Program-made: the position numbers and the translations under genes | The notes under the pieces: generated by a model | Databases searched by the model: none | The model's input: the letters and a program-made list of their open reading frames with translations, nothing else | What the model was told of the DNA's origin: nothing | Source of the DNA: Oikopleura dioica | Lineage: Eukaryota > Animalia > Chordata | Assembly: GCA_907165135.1 (NCBI GenBank) | Contig: OU015566.1 | Location: 5,704,001-5,768,000 of the forward strand | DNA: 64,000 bases | Reading direction: 5' to 3' | Shown here: positions 51,280 through 63,502 of the stretch, in pieces | How positions within the stretch are numbered: the stretch's first letter is position 1 | Layout of the letters: every line of letters starts with the position of its first letter

Positions 51280-51885
51280 TTGGTGATTGTGACTCATCCA
51301 CATTCTGAATCTTAAATTTCTCTGCGGATTCTGATTCAGCAGTGTCTGAACTAGCATGGATTTGAATTTCACTCGCCCACGATCATAATTATGGCGAGAA
51401 ATCATCATTTTCCTAGAGCCCTTTTTCAGTAACGAAGAAGAGTGAAATCCGGGCAAAAATAGGAACGCGCAGCGACAAAACGGCCTCAAAATCAGGCGCG
51501 TAAAATAAAGCTCATCCCATTTTCCAGCCTGATTCCCATTTCTGAGGTCGTGCAGCTACAAAACGGCCTCGAAATCAAGCAGGAAAGAAATTTTCTCATC
51601 CCATTTTCTTCCCATTTGACTACAACTATGATGATCATAGAAATTGAACACTGTTAGCTTTTTTTAAGTTTACTGGATTTATGAAATACATTTCAGCGTA
51701 ATTATACCTGGACCATCATAGAAATTTAAAATCAGCAGAAAAAAGCTTTAAACTTGACCCTTTCATGCTTCCGAAAATCACTTCCGCTTGCGATTCTAGA
51801 GCCGAAAATTGACGAAATTTATAAGAATGGCATGCTCGTGGGCTATCAAATTGAAGCTTAGAGCATTTTCAGTCATTTAAAAGAG
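51280..51885 (+). repeat. Dispersed repeat, left copy (candidate TIR of a large element)
   Basis: Closely similar reverse complement of 63503-64000, with an extra block of about 110 bp near 51655-51765. Confidence 0.9.
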
Positions 51886-51963
51886 GAACCGAGGCCAAGC
51901 GCGATTAAAAACTGCCTGTAAACGACCAGTAAAAATTGGTAAAAATGTCAAAAAAGCATGCTA

Positions 51964-52848
51964 TTTCTCGAACTCCTGGTCAAGGAAAGTACAGTTGACA
52001 ACTGTTTTTTTATGTTTCCGACAACTGGGGAGTCTATGTTCTCAGACCAGAGAAGTCGCAGAGAGTCCCCAAGGGTACCAAAATGTAGCTTAGGGTCTAA
52101 TTTGTGGCGTAGGTACACTGAGCAAATGTCAATGTCACGTGATCTTTCACAAATGACGTCATCAACTCGGAAATACCCGATTTCGCCAATTTTAACCTCA
52201 TTTTGGGAGTCGATGTTCTCAAAGTAAAATCATCGTACAGCTTCTCAAAGGGGCTCAAAAAAGAGCTGAAGGTCTACTCTGTGGCGTAGGGGGGTTAAGA
52301 TAACCTCAGGATGTACTCATCCCTTTTTTACAGAGGGTCGAAAATGAGGTCGGAAACATAAAAAAAACAGTGTCAGTGCACTCTACAGGATCATTGATCT
52401 CGTCAATCAAAAGCCCAAAGAGCGATTCAAGATGCTCCTGATTTCCGTCCTCGCTGAATATTTGATCCTAACGAAAATTCCTCTCAATAATGAGAGAGCT
52501 GGCGAAAATTCTCAACTGAACGCTTCATAGAAGAGGATCGAAGAAGTATTTTCTCATTTGGAAGATCAGTTGAAAGAAAACCCAGAGCCGTTACTTGACC
52601 ATATTGTCAATTGGCTCGCATCGGATAGCTACACTCAGCGGAACTGTGCGACGCTGTTTATTGTCCGGCTTAATAAAAAAGAAGCGATGGAAATTTCGGT
52701 CATGGATTGCTCCAAAGATCAACTGGTAGAGATCAGTTTGATCCTCAGTCATTTGCTCGTGCTGAATAACTCGAAATACGCGCAGAAAAACTTGATAAAG
52801 GCAATTTACGTCGAGTCTTATTTGTAAATGATCGTTGGCTATTTGTCG
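51964..52848 (+). pseudogene. Duplicated INTS1 exon fragment (source about 17988-18498), interrupted by a MITE
   Basis: Colinear nucleotide similarity to INTS1 (FLELLVKESTVD...EDQLKENPEPLLDHIV...IYVES) with new stop codons. Confidence 0.9.
52001..52371. mobile_element. MITE with about 22-bp TIRs inside the INTS1 fragment
   Basis: ACTGTTTTTTTATGTTTCCGAC / GTCGGAAACATAAAAAAAACAGT; TSD not resolved. Confidence 0.75.
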
Positions 52849-53030
52849 TTGTACTGGTCGAAACGCATTTGTTGTTATAGGAGCCGCTTTGGTCAGATTT
52901 GTTCAATACTAATCTTTTATAATATACAATAGTTATTTATTTCTTTTGATGACATAGTGGACATCGAGAATTCAGTTTTGATGACGATTTCTATTTAAAT
53001 TTCTACAATTTATGCAAGACGAATATCGTT

Positions 53031-56000
53031 ATTTTCTAATCGAACTTCTTCTCTTCTTTGCATTTCTTCAAGAATGTGGTCAATCTCGCTGTCCGTGAAC
53101 TTGTCTTCTAGATCCTTGTTTATTGTTGATCGGAGAGTCTCCATGGATACAACCTATTGGAATTGATTATAAATTCACAAAAATTGCATTACCTCTATCG
53201 GTAAATTTTCTATGAAAAGATCATTTAAGGTTGAAACAAAATGTTCACGCCGGGCATCAGAAATTTTCGGTGTCGCTCGCAAAGGTTGCATGAGGATTGT
53301 TTCTTCCTGCATAAAATCAGGAGTGTGAACGGTGCTTGAAGTTGATTGTTCGGAAAACGTCGATTTTGATGGAATATTTCGCCTAATGGAATCAGCTTGA
53401 CCGGATAGCCCTTAAATATAAGGTTTAATTGATTATATTTGATTTTTTTTCTTATTTTTTTCATATCAAGAATTTTCTTACGTTGACTTCGTCTTTTTGG
53501 TGCGAGATTTTCGACTGATCCGAACGGCATAGAAAAGTCTAGTTTTCGCTTGCGTTGTTTTGGAACTTCTGCATTTTCTTTATCATCAGACGATGTCAGC
53601 TTTAGCACCGGATGATCGATGAGTCTCAATTGGTCGGTCATGATTGATCGGATACTGTCCATCTCCACTGGCTTCGGATGCTGAGAGAGTTCTTGACGGC
53701 ATATTTCGAGCAATAAGGGAGCGCAGAATTCACTTGACGATGGAATATTTTTAGCAAAGGAAATATCCCAATTCTCGTAATCTGTCAGGGGAGCATCTGA
53801 CTCAATCAATGCAGCAATCCGGTGGCTTATAGTGATGAGTCTATGGCGCTCTCGTTGATCCATTCTATCCAGAGAAGTGTCAAGAATCTGGATCTCATAC
53901 TGCTCGCTGCACACTCGAATAAGCGTGAGATGATGGAGTTGATTCGTCGATGTTGGTTTTGTAACAACGGGCACAAGGATCAATGATGTATCCTGATCCG
54001 TTCTTGATGAAAGGAAATCGTCGGCGAGGGCGGTGATATCTTGAACCATCGGTAGAATTATCACATCCTTATCGTTGTTTGAAGAATTAAGCTGATTGAT
54101 AATTTTTGCGATGTCGGAATCACTTGTAAAGGTAAAAATCTATTTTTTGAGTGTTTTTTAGAAAATTTTGCTGAAAATGATTTTTACCATCCCTGTATCG
54201 GTAGCTCATGATGTGTTCATCTTTTGCCACATTTCTTAAGCTCATTGTCTGCTTTTTCTTGATTGTGACTTCGACTTGCTTTCCACTTTCAGCTGATTTC
54301 AGTGAGTATTGATGCCCAACCTGTTTCTTACAGTCGTGAATTCGTCCAGCTCGGCAAAACTCGCAGGTACAGACGTGTGATTTTACGTCGAAAACTCCGG
54401 ACTCGAACTTGATCATACTAGCGGAAGATATCGACGGTATTCGCACTAGATCGTTACGTTTTGATGCGACGAGATCAGAAGGTATCTGGGCGAAGATTCT
54501 TCCCTTTTGCAAGCTTTCAATTTGATATACATTTTTCATATAAAAATTTTTTTTATGAAAATGAATAATGAAAAAAAAATTTTTTGAAAGCTTTCCTGAA
54601 ATTCTTCTTTATCGTCGCGTTCATCATCTTTTTCACTCTCCCTCTCCTGGCAATATTTGATGGCATCCGGTATATTGCTCGCCAGATTGTAAAGCGTTGC
54701 CTTTCGCAGATAATTATTGACGGCGGTGTGCGCACCGTCCACGGATGATTTTCCGTGGACGGGCGTTTTGTAGACAAGACACGTTGGAATATCCACATCA
54801 GTGTCCCTGAGCTGGTTGATGATTTCGTAGCTCTTAAACTCGCTAAAAGGCTCATTTTTTGATAATCTTTAGAAGATACTTTAAGTAATAATCTTATTTA
54901 ATGAATTCAAAATTCGAAAATTAAGAGCCTATCCTGGGTGCATTATCGGAAATGCGCATCAGCGAGTCAAATGTGAAGCCTCTCTGTCGCAACTCTTGCA
55001 GAATGATGCCTTCTGAGTATCTGACGTTTCGATTGCATTTGTGAGAAGCAAAGAAGTGAAAGTAGTATTTCATCGGCTTCCCATCAATGGTGAATTTGAC
55101 GACGGAGGTGAGGACGTTTATATTTCCTTCCGAAGACAAAAACGCACTTTGAGTTTCAGTATTGGCTTTCAAGCGTGTTTTCGAAGCATAGTCCGACTCC
55201 ACTTGAAGAACGCCAGCTGGGACAGGGCTATCGTCGAGAGTCTTCAGCTCTTGCTCGTTTTCATTCTTGTCAACCCAGTGCTCCAGGTAAGATCGAAATC
55301 GGGCTTGAACGTGTTCAAAAACTTCCTTGACGGTTATTTTTCCGCTGCCAACTTCAGTCTCACTGATGAAACTACAGCGAGGGTCACCCTTATCAACAGA
55401 TTCGAATCGGGAGACTCCAATTTTCATCGAGCCGTACTCATTGATCAGTGGCGCCCAGTGATTTTCGATTTTTTCTTGTATCCATTTGTCTACTCCTGTG
55501 CAATCTTGATGAAGACAGTGCGAGCATCCAGTTGTTTTCTTCATATGTTGAAAACAGCTTCCGTTGCGATTACGGATGCAATCCACAATTGTTGTCGCAT
55601 TCGGCCCAAGACGGCATGTCGATTCGTTCAGGATCACATCGATAGAAAGCGTCGCTAGTTCGGCACCAATAGCTCCGAGACGCTCGTTGGCGCGCGCTGT
55701 CTCGCCGATTCGGTTGATTGCATCGATGAAGTTGTTCAAGTTGGTGTGCTTTTAACGGGTTATGATGATAAAACGAAAATCAGAAAAGATGATTTTATGA
55801 TCATGTTTGATTCAAATAAATTTAGGAGAGCAATGAATTCAATAATTAACCCTTTCCTTTAGACACGCACAGATTCGCCTGCTTCGATCGTGTTCTTCAT
55901 AAATGTAGAATGGGCACATATCCTTGAAATGCTTGAAACTCAGATGTTCGTACTCAGGAAACGCTGCGAGGAATGAGAAATAGAGCGTTTTCAGCGGCTT

Positions 56001-56903
56001 TTCAAGCACCAATCGCGGAGACTCGAATTTCTCCAAACCACGCTTAGCAGTTTTTGTCAGGTGACAGTTCTTTTTGTAGAACGCGAAGATAGTATCATCC
56101 TTCACATTTTTCGTCGAGATTGTTACATATCCCCTTTTGCTCGGATCACAGAAAGAGTTGCTTTTCAAGAATTGGTCGAGGTTGATCAAAAGCTCCATCG
56201 AGACATTTCGCAATTGATCCTTGGAGCGATAGGCCTCATTTTTCGCGTTTTTCATCTTGAGAACTCTATCCTGTCTTCTTCCAAAGAATTTCGAAAGCCC
56301 GGAGAGGATTTTTTTGCTCGGTTTCGACGGCGTCAGGTTTTTGATGATCTGAGTTTTGACTGATTTCGGCAAGTTCGCAGTCGCAGTTTTAAAAGCTGAC
56401 GCTTGCAACAGTTGTGCATTAAGACTCTCAACTTCAGATGAGGCGCAGTTTCCATCGATGAATTGATACAACAATCGATTTTTTTCGGCCGTCGTCAAAA
56501 GGCTTATAGCAGTTCGGACTTCTTCCTCAGCTTTTTTAATCAATGGTTCTCTGACGCTCGCTTTGAAGCCGCTTGAGGCATCAGAAGGGTACGATTGCGC
56601 CTTTGATTCCGCTTTGGATGAAGATTGTCCTTCTTGAGATCCTTGAGATTCTGCCGCTTGGTCGTCATTGCCGAGTGAACCTTGAGAGTGCGCCACTTGT
56701 GACGGAGGAGACATATCGCCTTGATTCATGCCAGAGTCGGTCGTTTCCAGCTGATCGACGTCATCTTGATTGACATCGATATGAGTTTCTTCGTGGAGTT
56801 CAAGATGCTCTCGTGGGACGCGAATCCAGCATTTTCGGCAAATCGAAAGTTGGCATTTCGAATGATGTTGATTTGATTGAAGTCCTGCTAGTTTATTCTT
56901 CAA
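53031..56903 (-). mobile_element. Spliced DDD-type transposase gene (Sola-like signature) with a C-terminal Ulp1/C48-like protease region
   Basis: LKTLYFSFLAAFP..LSFKHFKDMCP..RRICAC, ESDYASK...ETQS, ISDNAP|EFK, HGKSSVDG and VCTCEFC..G...C; then ILVPV..HHLTLIRV..ILDTS..FCAPLLL. ORFs are separated by short introns. Confidence 0.7.
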
Positions 56904-57039
56904 TTCGTAGCAGCATTTCCAATATTGCTATAAATTTATATTTAATCAAGCAAATATATACGCTTTTTTAAAGCTTTTAAAAAAGAAGCCGCACGCGGCT
57001 ACAATGACGCGCTTTTTTAGGTTATGGAGGTACTCTAGC

Positions 57040-57512
57040 CAACTTGCGCCCTATTAACACTAAAACACCATATTTTGTGGAATCGGCAGAAAATTCTTAG
57101 AATTCCTTTTTCGGTCCGATTCTAGAGCCAATTGACGAAATTTAGGAGTAAGAGTAAAGTTGACCAATCAAATAGTTGCTCAGAAAATTTTGAGTCATCC
57201 TTTAATCAATATTTCAGAAGAAACAGTCCCAAACGTAGTCAATCGAGGGGTAAAATTATGAAAAAATCGCATAAATTGATGAAATTTTATTCAGTTTTAA
57301 CCGGTTGGTTTGGCCGCGATCGGGGTCGATTCCTCCTTTAAATGATGGGAAATATTCTGAGGTCTCACTTCTACCCTAACTCCCAAATTTGGTCATTTTC
57401 TGGCTCTAGAATCGGATCGGAAATGGAATTTTCGAAAACTTAAAGGGTCAAAATTCTTAAAATTTCCTACTGATTCAAAAAAGGTATGGTGTTCTAGGAT
57501 TTTTAAAGCGCT
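57040..57512. mobile_element. Degenerate MITE or imperfect inverted repeat
   Basis: 57040-57165 is an imperfect reverse complement of 57360-57512 and shares the GATTCTAGAGCC motif with the 51.3/63.5-kb repeat. Confidence 0.6.
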
Positions 57513-57561
57513 AGAAAACCTCAACAACTTTAAAAAAGCGCGTCTCTCGAGTCGGCATTTT

Positions 57562-58770
57562 TCAAAAACAACTTACGTTTGGGAACTTTTGGTGTCTCTG
57601 ATCCATTTCTTTCACAATGACCTCGACTTCATGATCTCTCGAGCACGAAGATAAGTGGTTGTTGTAAGATTCAATCGATCCGAAAGTATCTTGGCATCCA
57701 TGGCAAAGCTTCCCAGAGCACGAAGAGCGGTGTTTTTGGTAGATCTTGCTCGAATCACCGGCTCTTCCAACATAAACGTAGTCAGCACATCTGTCACACT
57801 GCTTGTATTTTAGGATTGGAAAGCCGATTTCGATCTCCCATAGTCCATTTATCCGACTTCCAAAGCGTGCAGTTCGCAATTCATGAAGGAGCGCTTTCTT
57901 GATGAATTGATGAATCTCTGTGACGGTAAAGACTTTTTGCTGTCTTTTGCAGATCATTTCCAGGGTCGTGCGCTGTCTGCCTTCATTCAATTGTTCGATT
58001 GAAAAAACAAGGTTTTTCAATTCGTCGAACTAAATCATATTTTTAAATTAGTAAGTAGAGATTTTTGACAAAGCTTTGTAAAAACCAAAAGCTTTCAGCC
58101 TTTGATTATCGAAACGAGCAAAAATAGCTGAATAGATAGGGCTTTAGAAGAAATTATATCGATGTTATTCCACCGAATATTATCCCCTTAAGTTTTCACT
58201 ATATCTGAAAAAATGGCTTTCTTACCGATTGAATCTTATTTTCGACCAATGAGTTGAGCAAAGCAGCGTCTTTTGGAAATAAGAGCTGAAGCTCACGGCA
58301 ATGTTGAGTTGCTTTGTGGCGTAGTTTGAGAGGAAACACCATCGAATCGCCGAGCTTCTTCTCCTTCATGAGCGCTTTTTGGTGAATTTTCTGGAGCCGA
58401 TCAGGGAGTAAATGCGACAGAGCCTCTTCCGCCACATCATTTGGTGGAAAAGCATCGTCACTCGTGCTCGATGTTGTTAGACTGTCTCTAGGTAATGGCT
58501 CGGCTTCAAACAGCTCGCTGATGAAGTCACCACGCAAAAAGGATCCGATCGGGGAAAACTGGTCGAATTGAAGACCACTCTCGTCGACAAACGGTATTTC
58601 ATACTGGACCGGATTTTCGGCTGAAAGGCAAAACTCAGGCTGAGTTGCCATCATAACGTCGAGATCGGCAGTCAAATTTTCTTGATAATATGAAGCGGCA
58701 GCGGCCTGTTCAGGAGGACTGAAAAAATATAAATTTTATAATGTTCTATCATCTTACATAGTCATGAATT
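57562..58770 (-). CDS. Uncharacterised multi-exon gene with a C-terminal CxxC/HxxxC zinc-binding region
   Basis: ORFs 58199-58675 and 57562-58020; CDRC...HRSSC and CHGC...HLSSC. Confidence 0.5.
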
Positions 58771-58789
58771 GTATCTTTGATAGTTAAAG

Positions 58790-60920
58790 GTGTCACCTAA
58801 GCTTGGGGTTTCACGCGCATACTTTTGGATATGTATGGGGTCTCATGCGCATTCATGCTGTTTTTATAATTTGCGCGCATTTTATTCAGTAATTTATGTC
58901 ATTTTTGATAGTTAAGGGTGTCACGCGCAGATCTGGAATAACATTGGGATGTAACGCGCATGTTTTGATTCAGTAAGGGGGCTTCACGCGCATTCATATT
59001 GTTTTCATAATTTGCACGCATCTTTAAAGTTTTTATCTAATTTTTGGTAGTTAAGGGTGTCGCGCGCATATCTTGAATAAGTTTTGGGAGTCACGCGCAT
59101 GTTTTGATTGAGTAAGGGGGCTTCACGCGCATTCATGTAGTCTTCATTATTGGCGCGCATTTTATTCAGTAATTTATGTCATTTTTGATAGTTAAGGGTG
59201 TCACGCGCAGATCTGGAATAACATTGGGATGTAACGCGCATGTTTTGATTCAGTAAGGGGGCTTCACGCGCATTCATATTGTTTTCATAATTTGCACGCA
59301 TCTTTTAAGTTTTTATCTAATTTTTGGTAGTTAAGGGTGTCGCGCGCATATCTTGAATATGTTCTGGGAGTCACGCGCATGTTTTGATTTAGTAAGGGAG
59401 CTTCACGCGCATTCATGTAGTCTTCATTATTGGCGCGCATTTCATTCAATTATTCATGTCATTTTTGATAGTTAAGGTTGTCACGCGCAGATCTGGAATA
59501 ATATTGGGATGTAACGCGCATGTTTTGATTCCGTAGGGGGCTTCACGCGCATTCATATTGTTTTCATAATTTGCACGCATCTTTGAAGTTATTTATCTAA
59601 TTTTTGGTAGTTAAGGGTGTCGCGCGCATATCTTGAATATGTTCTGGGAGTCACGCGCATGTTCTGATTTATGAAGGGGGCTTCACGCGCATTCATGTAG
59701 TTTTTCATTATTCGCGCGCATTTCATTCAATTATTCATGTCATTTTTGATAGTTAAGGTTGTCACGCGCAGATCTGGAATAATATTGGGATGTAACGCGC
59801 ATGTTTTGATTCCGTAGGGGGCTTCACGCGCATTCATATTGTTTTCATAATTTGCACGCATCTTTGAAGTTATTTATCTAATTTTTGGTAGCTAAGGGTG
59901 TCGCGCGCATATCTTGAATAAGTTTTCGGAGTCACGCGCATGTTCTGATTTATGAAGGGGGCTTCACGCGCATTCATGTAGTTTTTCATTATTCGCGCGC
60001 ATTTCATTCAATTATTCATGTCATTTTTGATAGTTAAGGAAGTCACGCGCAGATCTGGAATAACATTGGGATGCAACGCGCATGTTTTGATTCAGAAGGG
60101 GGCTTCACGCGCATTCATATTGTTTTCATAATTTGCACGCATCTTTGAAGTTATTTATCTAATTTTTGGTAGTTAAGGGTGTCGCGCGCATATCTTGAAT
60201 AAGTTTTGGGAGTCACGCGCATGTTTTGATTTAGTAAGGGGGCTTCACGCGCATTCATGTTGTCTTCATTATTCGCGCGCATTTCATTCAATTATTCATG
60301 TCATTTTTGATCGTTAAGGTTGTCACGCGCAGATCTGGAATAACATTGGGAGTCACGCGCATGTTTTGATTCAGTAGGGGCCTCACGCGCTTTGATATAG
60401 TGTTTATAATTCACGCGCATTTTATTGAGTAAATTATCTCATTAATGATAAAAAAGGGATTCACGCGCATGCCTTGAATAAGTTTGGGTAGTCACGCGCA
60501 TGTACTCAATCAGTATTGGGCCTAACGCGCTTTAAATAAGTTTTCATAGTACGCGCGCATTTTATCCAGTAATTTATCTTGTTTTTAAGTTAAAGGTGTC
60601 ACGCGCATTTCTTGAATAAGTTTTGGTTGTCACGCGCATTTTTTCAATCAATATGGGGCCTTACGCGCATAGATATAGTGTTCATAATTCGTGCGCATAT
60701 TATTTAGTTATTAATCTAATTGTTTATATTTGAGAGTGTCACGCGCATATCTTGAATGAGTTTGGGGTCTCACGCGCATGTATTGAATAAGTATGGGGCC
60801 TTACGCGCATTTTATAGTGCTCATAATTCGTGCGCATTTTATCTGTTTTTAATAAGTAAGGTTGTTGTTGAATCAGTAAGGGGTCTCACGCGCGATCACA
60901 TCGTTTTCATAATTTGCGCG
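58790..60920. repeat. Tandem satellite with higher-order structure (about 35-bp ACGCGCA monomers, 139/141-142-bp units, about 280-bp dimers)
   Basis: GTTAAGG anchor at 58911, 59050, 59191, 59330, 59471, 59610, 59752, 59891, 60033, 60172 and 60313. Confidence 0.95.
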
Positions 60921-60972
60921 CAATTAATTTTTTTCTTTCATTGATTTGATATCTCGGGCCGATTCACAAAAC

Positions 60973-61332
60973 TTACATGATGCGGGTTGAATCATCAAAG
61001 TCCCGAAGATGACTTTCCATTTGGTTGGCCGACGTCGTAGGAAAGACTGCAGCTGGTTGCAAACTTGTCACTGATGGTGTGCAGACAGACGTTGAAGTTG
61101 GAGTGGGTAGTCGGACAGCTGGTGGTACATAACGAGGCTGATGGTAAGAACGTGCCCACATTTGTCGTGGCGAATTGTATTCAATTCTGGATAGATCAGA
61201 ATTAATACGCTGTGCATTATCAGCAACCAAATTCCATCTAAGCGTTTGAAGGCGCTGTTCACGGCATGAACAGCTTTCGGCATCGTCGGTAGTCTGGGAG
61301 AAATCCCGAAGCGTATAGAGCCTCATCTTCAA
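60973..61332 (-). CDS. Short uncharacterised ORF
   Basis: 119-aa ORF only; no recognised motif. Confidence 0.25.
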   Translation of the reverse strand: MKMRLYTLRDFSQTTDDAESCSCREQRLQTLRWNLVADNAQRINSDLSRIEYNSPRQMWARSYHQPRYVPPAVRLPTPTSTSVCTPSVTSLQPAAVFPTTSANQMESHLRDFDDSTRIM

Positions 61333-61989
61333 GCAGCAGAATTGTTGTAGTCAATGTCGCCAGTGTCGATAATGTTGAAGACTATAAAACCTTGAAAATA
61401 ACGATAACATATTAAACGCAAGTTTTTTCAAGTGATCTCTTCCAATTTCAAAAATTTCGTCGACTTTTTTAATGAGGGGTTCGAGAAAACTTAGACATAG
61501 CAGAATCAGAAAAAAATGATGAAATATTTAGCAAGATCTGGGTTTTTGGCGACTATTAATGTCTTTAGAGATGTTTTTAGAGGTAATTCCCAATTTAAAT
61601 TTATAGGAGCCCCCCATCAAGAATTGTGAAAAAGGGCTGTTAAGTGAAAGCTTCTCTTGGAAACTTTCAAAGGTAGACCCTTAATTTTAATTGCATCCTT
61701 AAGATCAAACCCTCGACTGCAATCGTTCCCCTTATGATTATCTTTCAATATCAAACTCAAGGTTATACAGGCCCTTAAAGGTAAGGTTACTAAGTGAAGA
61801 TTTTTTTCGGGGTTTTAATGAGGGTAGAGCCTTAATTTTTTCTCAGGGTAAAGTTTAGGCCCTAAGCTACTTTCGAGAGTTTTTAGTCAATGAACTTAAG
61901 GAGGACAAACCCTTTAAAGATATATAAGGCGAAAATTCAGTAGGTAGCATTTGAAGTCAAAAATGAGCACTAGAAACTTTCGAGCGTCC

Positions 61990-62610
61990 GGAAAGGGATG
62001 AATACTCCAGCCTATCAGTGCGCGCCTAATTCCATATTGTAGAGCAGGTTCCATTGATGATTTAAAAAAAAAAACTTCGCGGGCCCGGAAATCGTCAAAA
62101 AACCTCTTATCTAGTTTTGTAGAGCTCGTCAAGACGAGTCGAATGATATATCAAAGTCAATTTCAGCTCGTAATCACATATCCTGCCTAGTTATCAGCGA
62201 AAAATTAAAAATTTAGTGTATTTTGTTGTCGCTCGTTCCTAATTTCTGGCCCATTTCCAGTCCCATTTCCATTGGAAAATGAAATATACTGATAAACTCG
62301 GCTGGGTAGATGATGACGGGCTGAAATTTTTTGGAACATTTTCCGGGGTCAAACGTTACCGCAGCTATTCTAGAACAAAAACGGCGGCGGTCAGAAAATT
62401 TTTGATAAGCCACCTTCTTATCACTTAGAATTTTCAGGACTTTGATATATCATTTGACTCGTCTCGACGAGCTCTACAAAACTAGGTTAGAAGTTTTGAG
62501 ACGATTTCCGGGCCGGCGAAATTTTTTTTGAAATCAGCATTCTATCTAATCATTGCCCGAAGAAGCTCGAAAAATGAAGCAAAATTGAGTACTCATACCT
62601 TTCCGGGGCA
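61990..62610. mobile_element. MITE-like inverted repeat
   Basis: GTAGAGCTCGTCAAGACGAGTCGAATGATATATCAAAGTC (about 62119) pairs with GACTTTGATATATCATTTGACTCGTCTCGACGAGCTCTAC (about 62438). Imperfect pairing extends outward to CCGGAAAGG. Confidence 0.75.
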
Positions 62611-63110
62611 CGTAAACCCTAGTTATCCCCTTAATTATAATTAAAAAAGAAAAAACTAAGGACCTTTATCAAAAAAATGATGAAAATAACTAATTTTAGA
62701 AAGGTTTCTGACTGACAATCATTTTTTCTTTTGAAACTTACCTTTGAAGTCGTTCCGTTTTCTTTCTTGGTCGTCTTCCAGTTGAATCAGTTTTAGGAGC
62801 AACGTTCCAGTAGGAGCCAAGCGAATTGTCCGATTGCTTGATTTGAGCAAAGAGACTTTGTTGGTTAAGACTTTCGTTTGATGATTGTCTTTCTCTTCTT
62901 CAATTTTCAAAAAATTGAAAAAAATTTGATTTCCAGCTTTTTTTTCGTCTGTCTGCTCTTCTGAGAAAATTGAATTCAAAGCGAGCGAAATTTTCCGCTT
63001 AAACGGAACAGAACTCGGCAGGGTACGTCAGCTGACCTAGCTGATAAAATCAGCTGATTTTATGGAATTATAATTTCAAAAATCTGATTTCACACAAGAC
63101 ACAATTTTTC

Positions 63111-63502
63111 ATGCCTTGGGTCCAACGTGGATGGATGAACATTCGCATGTCTAGCGATGATCTTACAAGAAACTACGAACTTAATGACTATACCGAGATT
63201 CTTTTCTCTAAAGATGTAACATCTGAGATGGTATGGAATCCACTGAAGGAAAGCCTCAATCAAGTTGAAGATCTGGGGGACTTCGCTCATCGATTGTTTT
63301 TCTGGTGGCAATTTCATGGATACCCGCGCCTTCCTTTGAACCGGTATCTATTGCTCAACTGACCTACACAGGTAACGCATCGAATTACCCGGAAATTGTT
63401 GCTGCTCAAATCTGCCCAGATAAATCTCGTGACAAAATATTCGATTTCATAAAACATAGTCGAGGAATCGAGGAAGAGTTTAGGCGCCGCAGTTCGATAT
63501 AA
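63111..63502 (+). other. Uncharacterised coding fragment(s)
   Basis: Two overlapping ORFs in different frames; no recognised family. Confidence 0.2.

Noticed and set aside
55041-55658. 205-aa plus-strand ORF
   Set aside because: Antisense to the transposase exon; no motif.
58790-60920. Satellite as a CRISPR or coding repeat
   Set aside because: No unique spacers and no sustained ORF.
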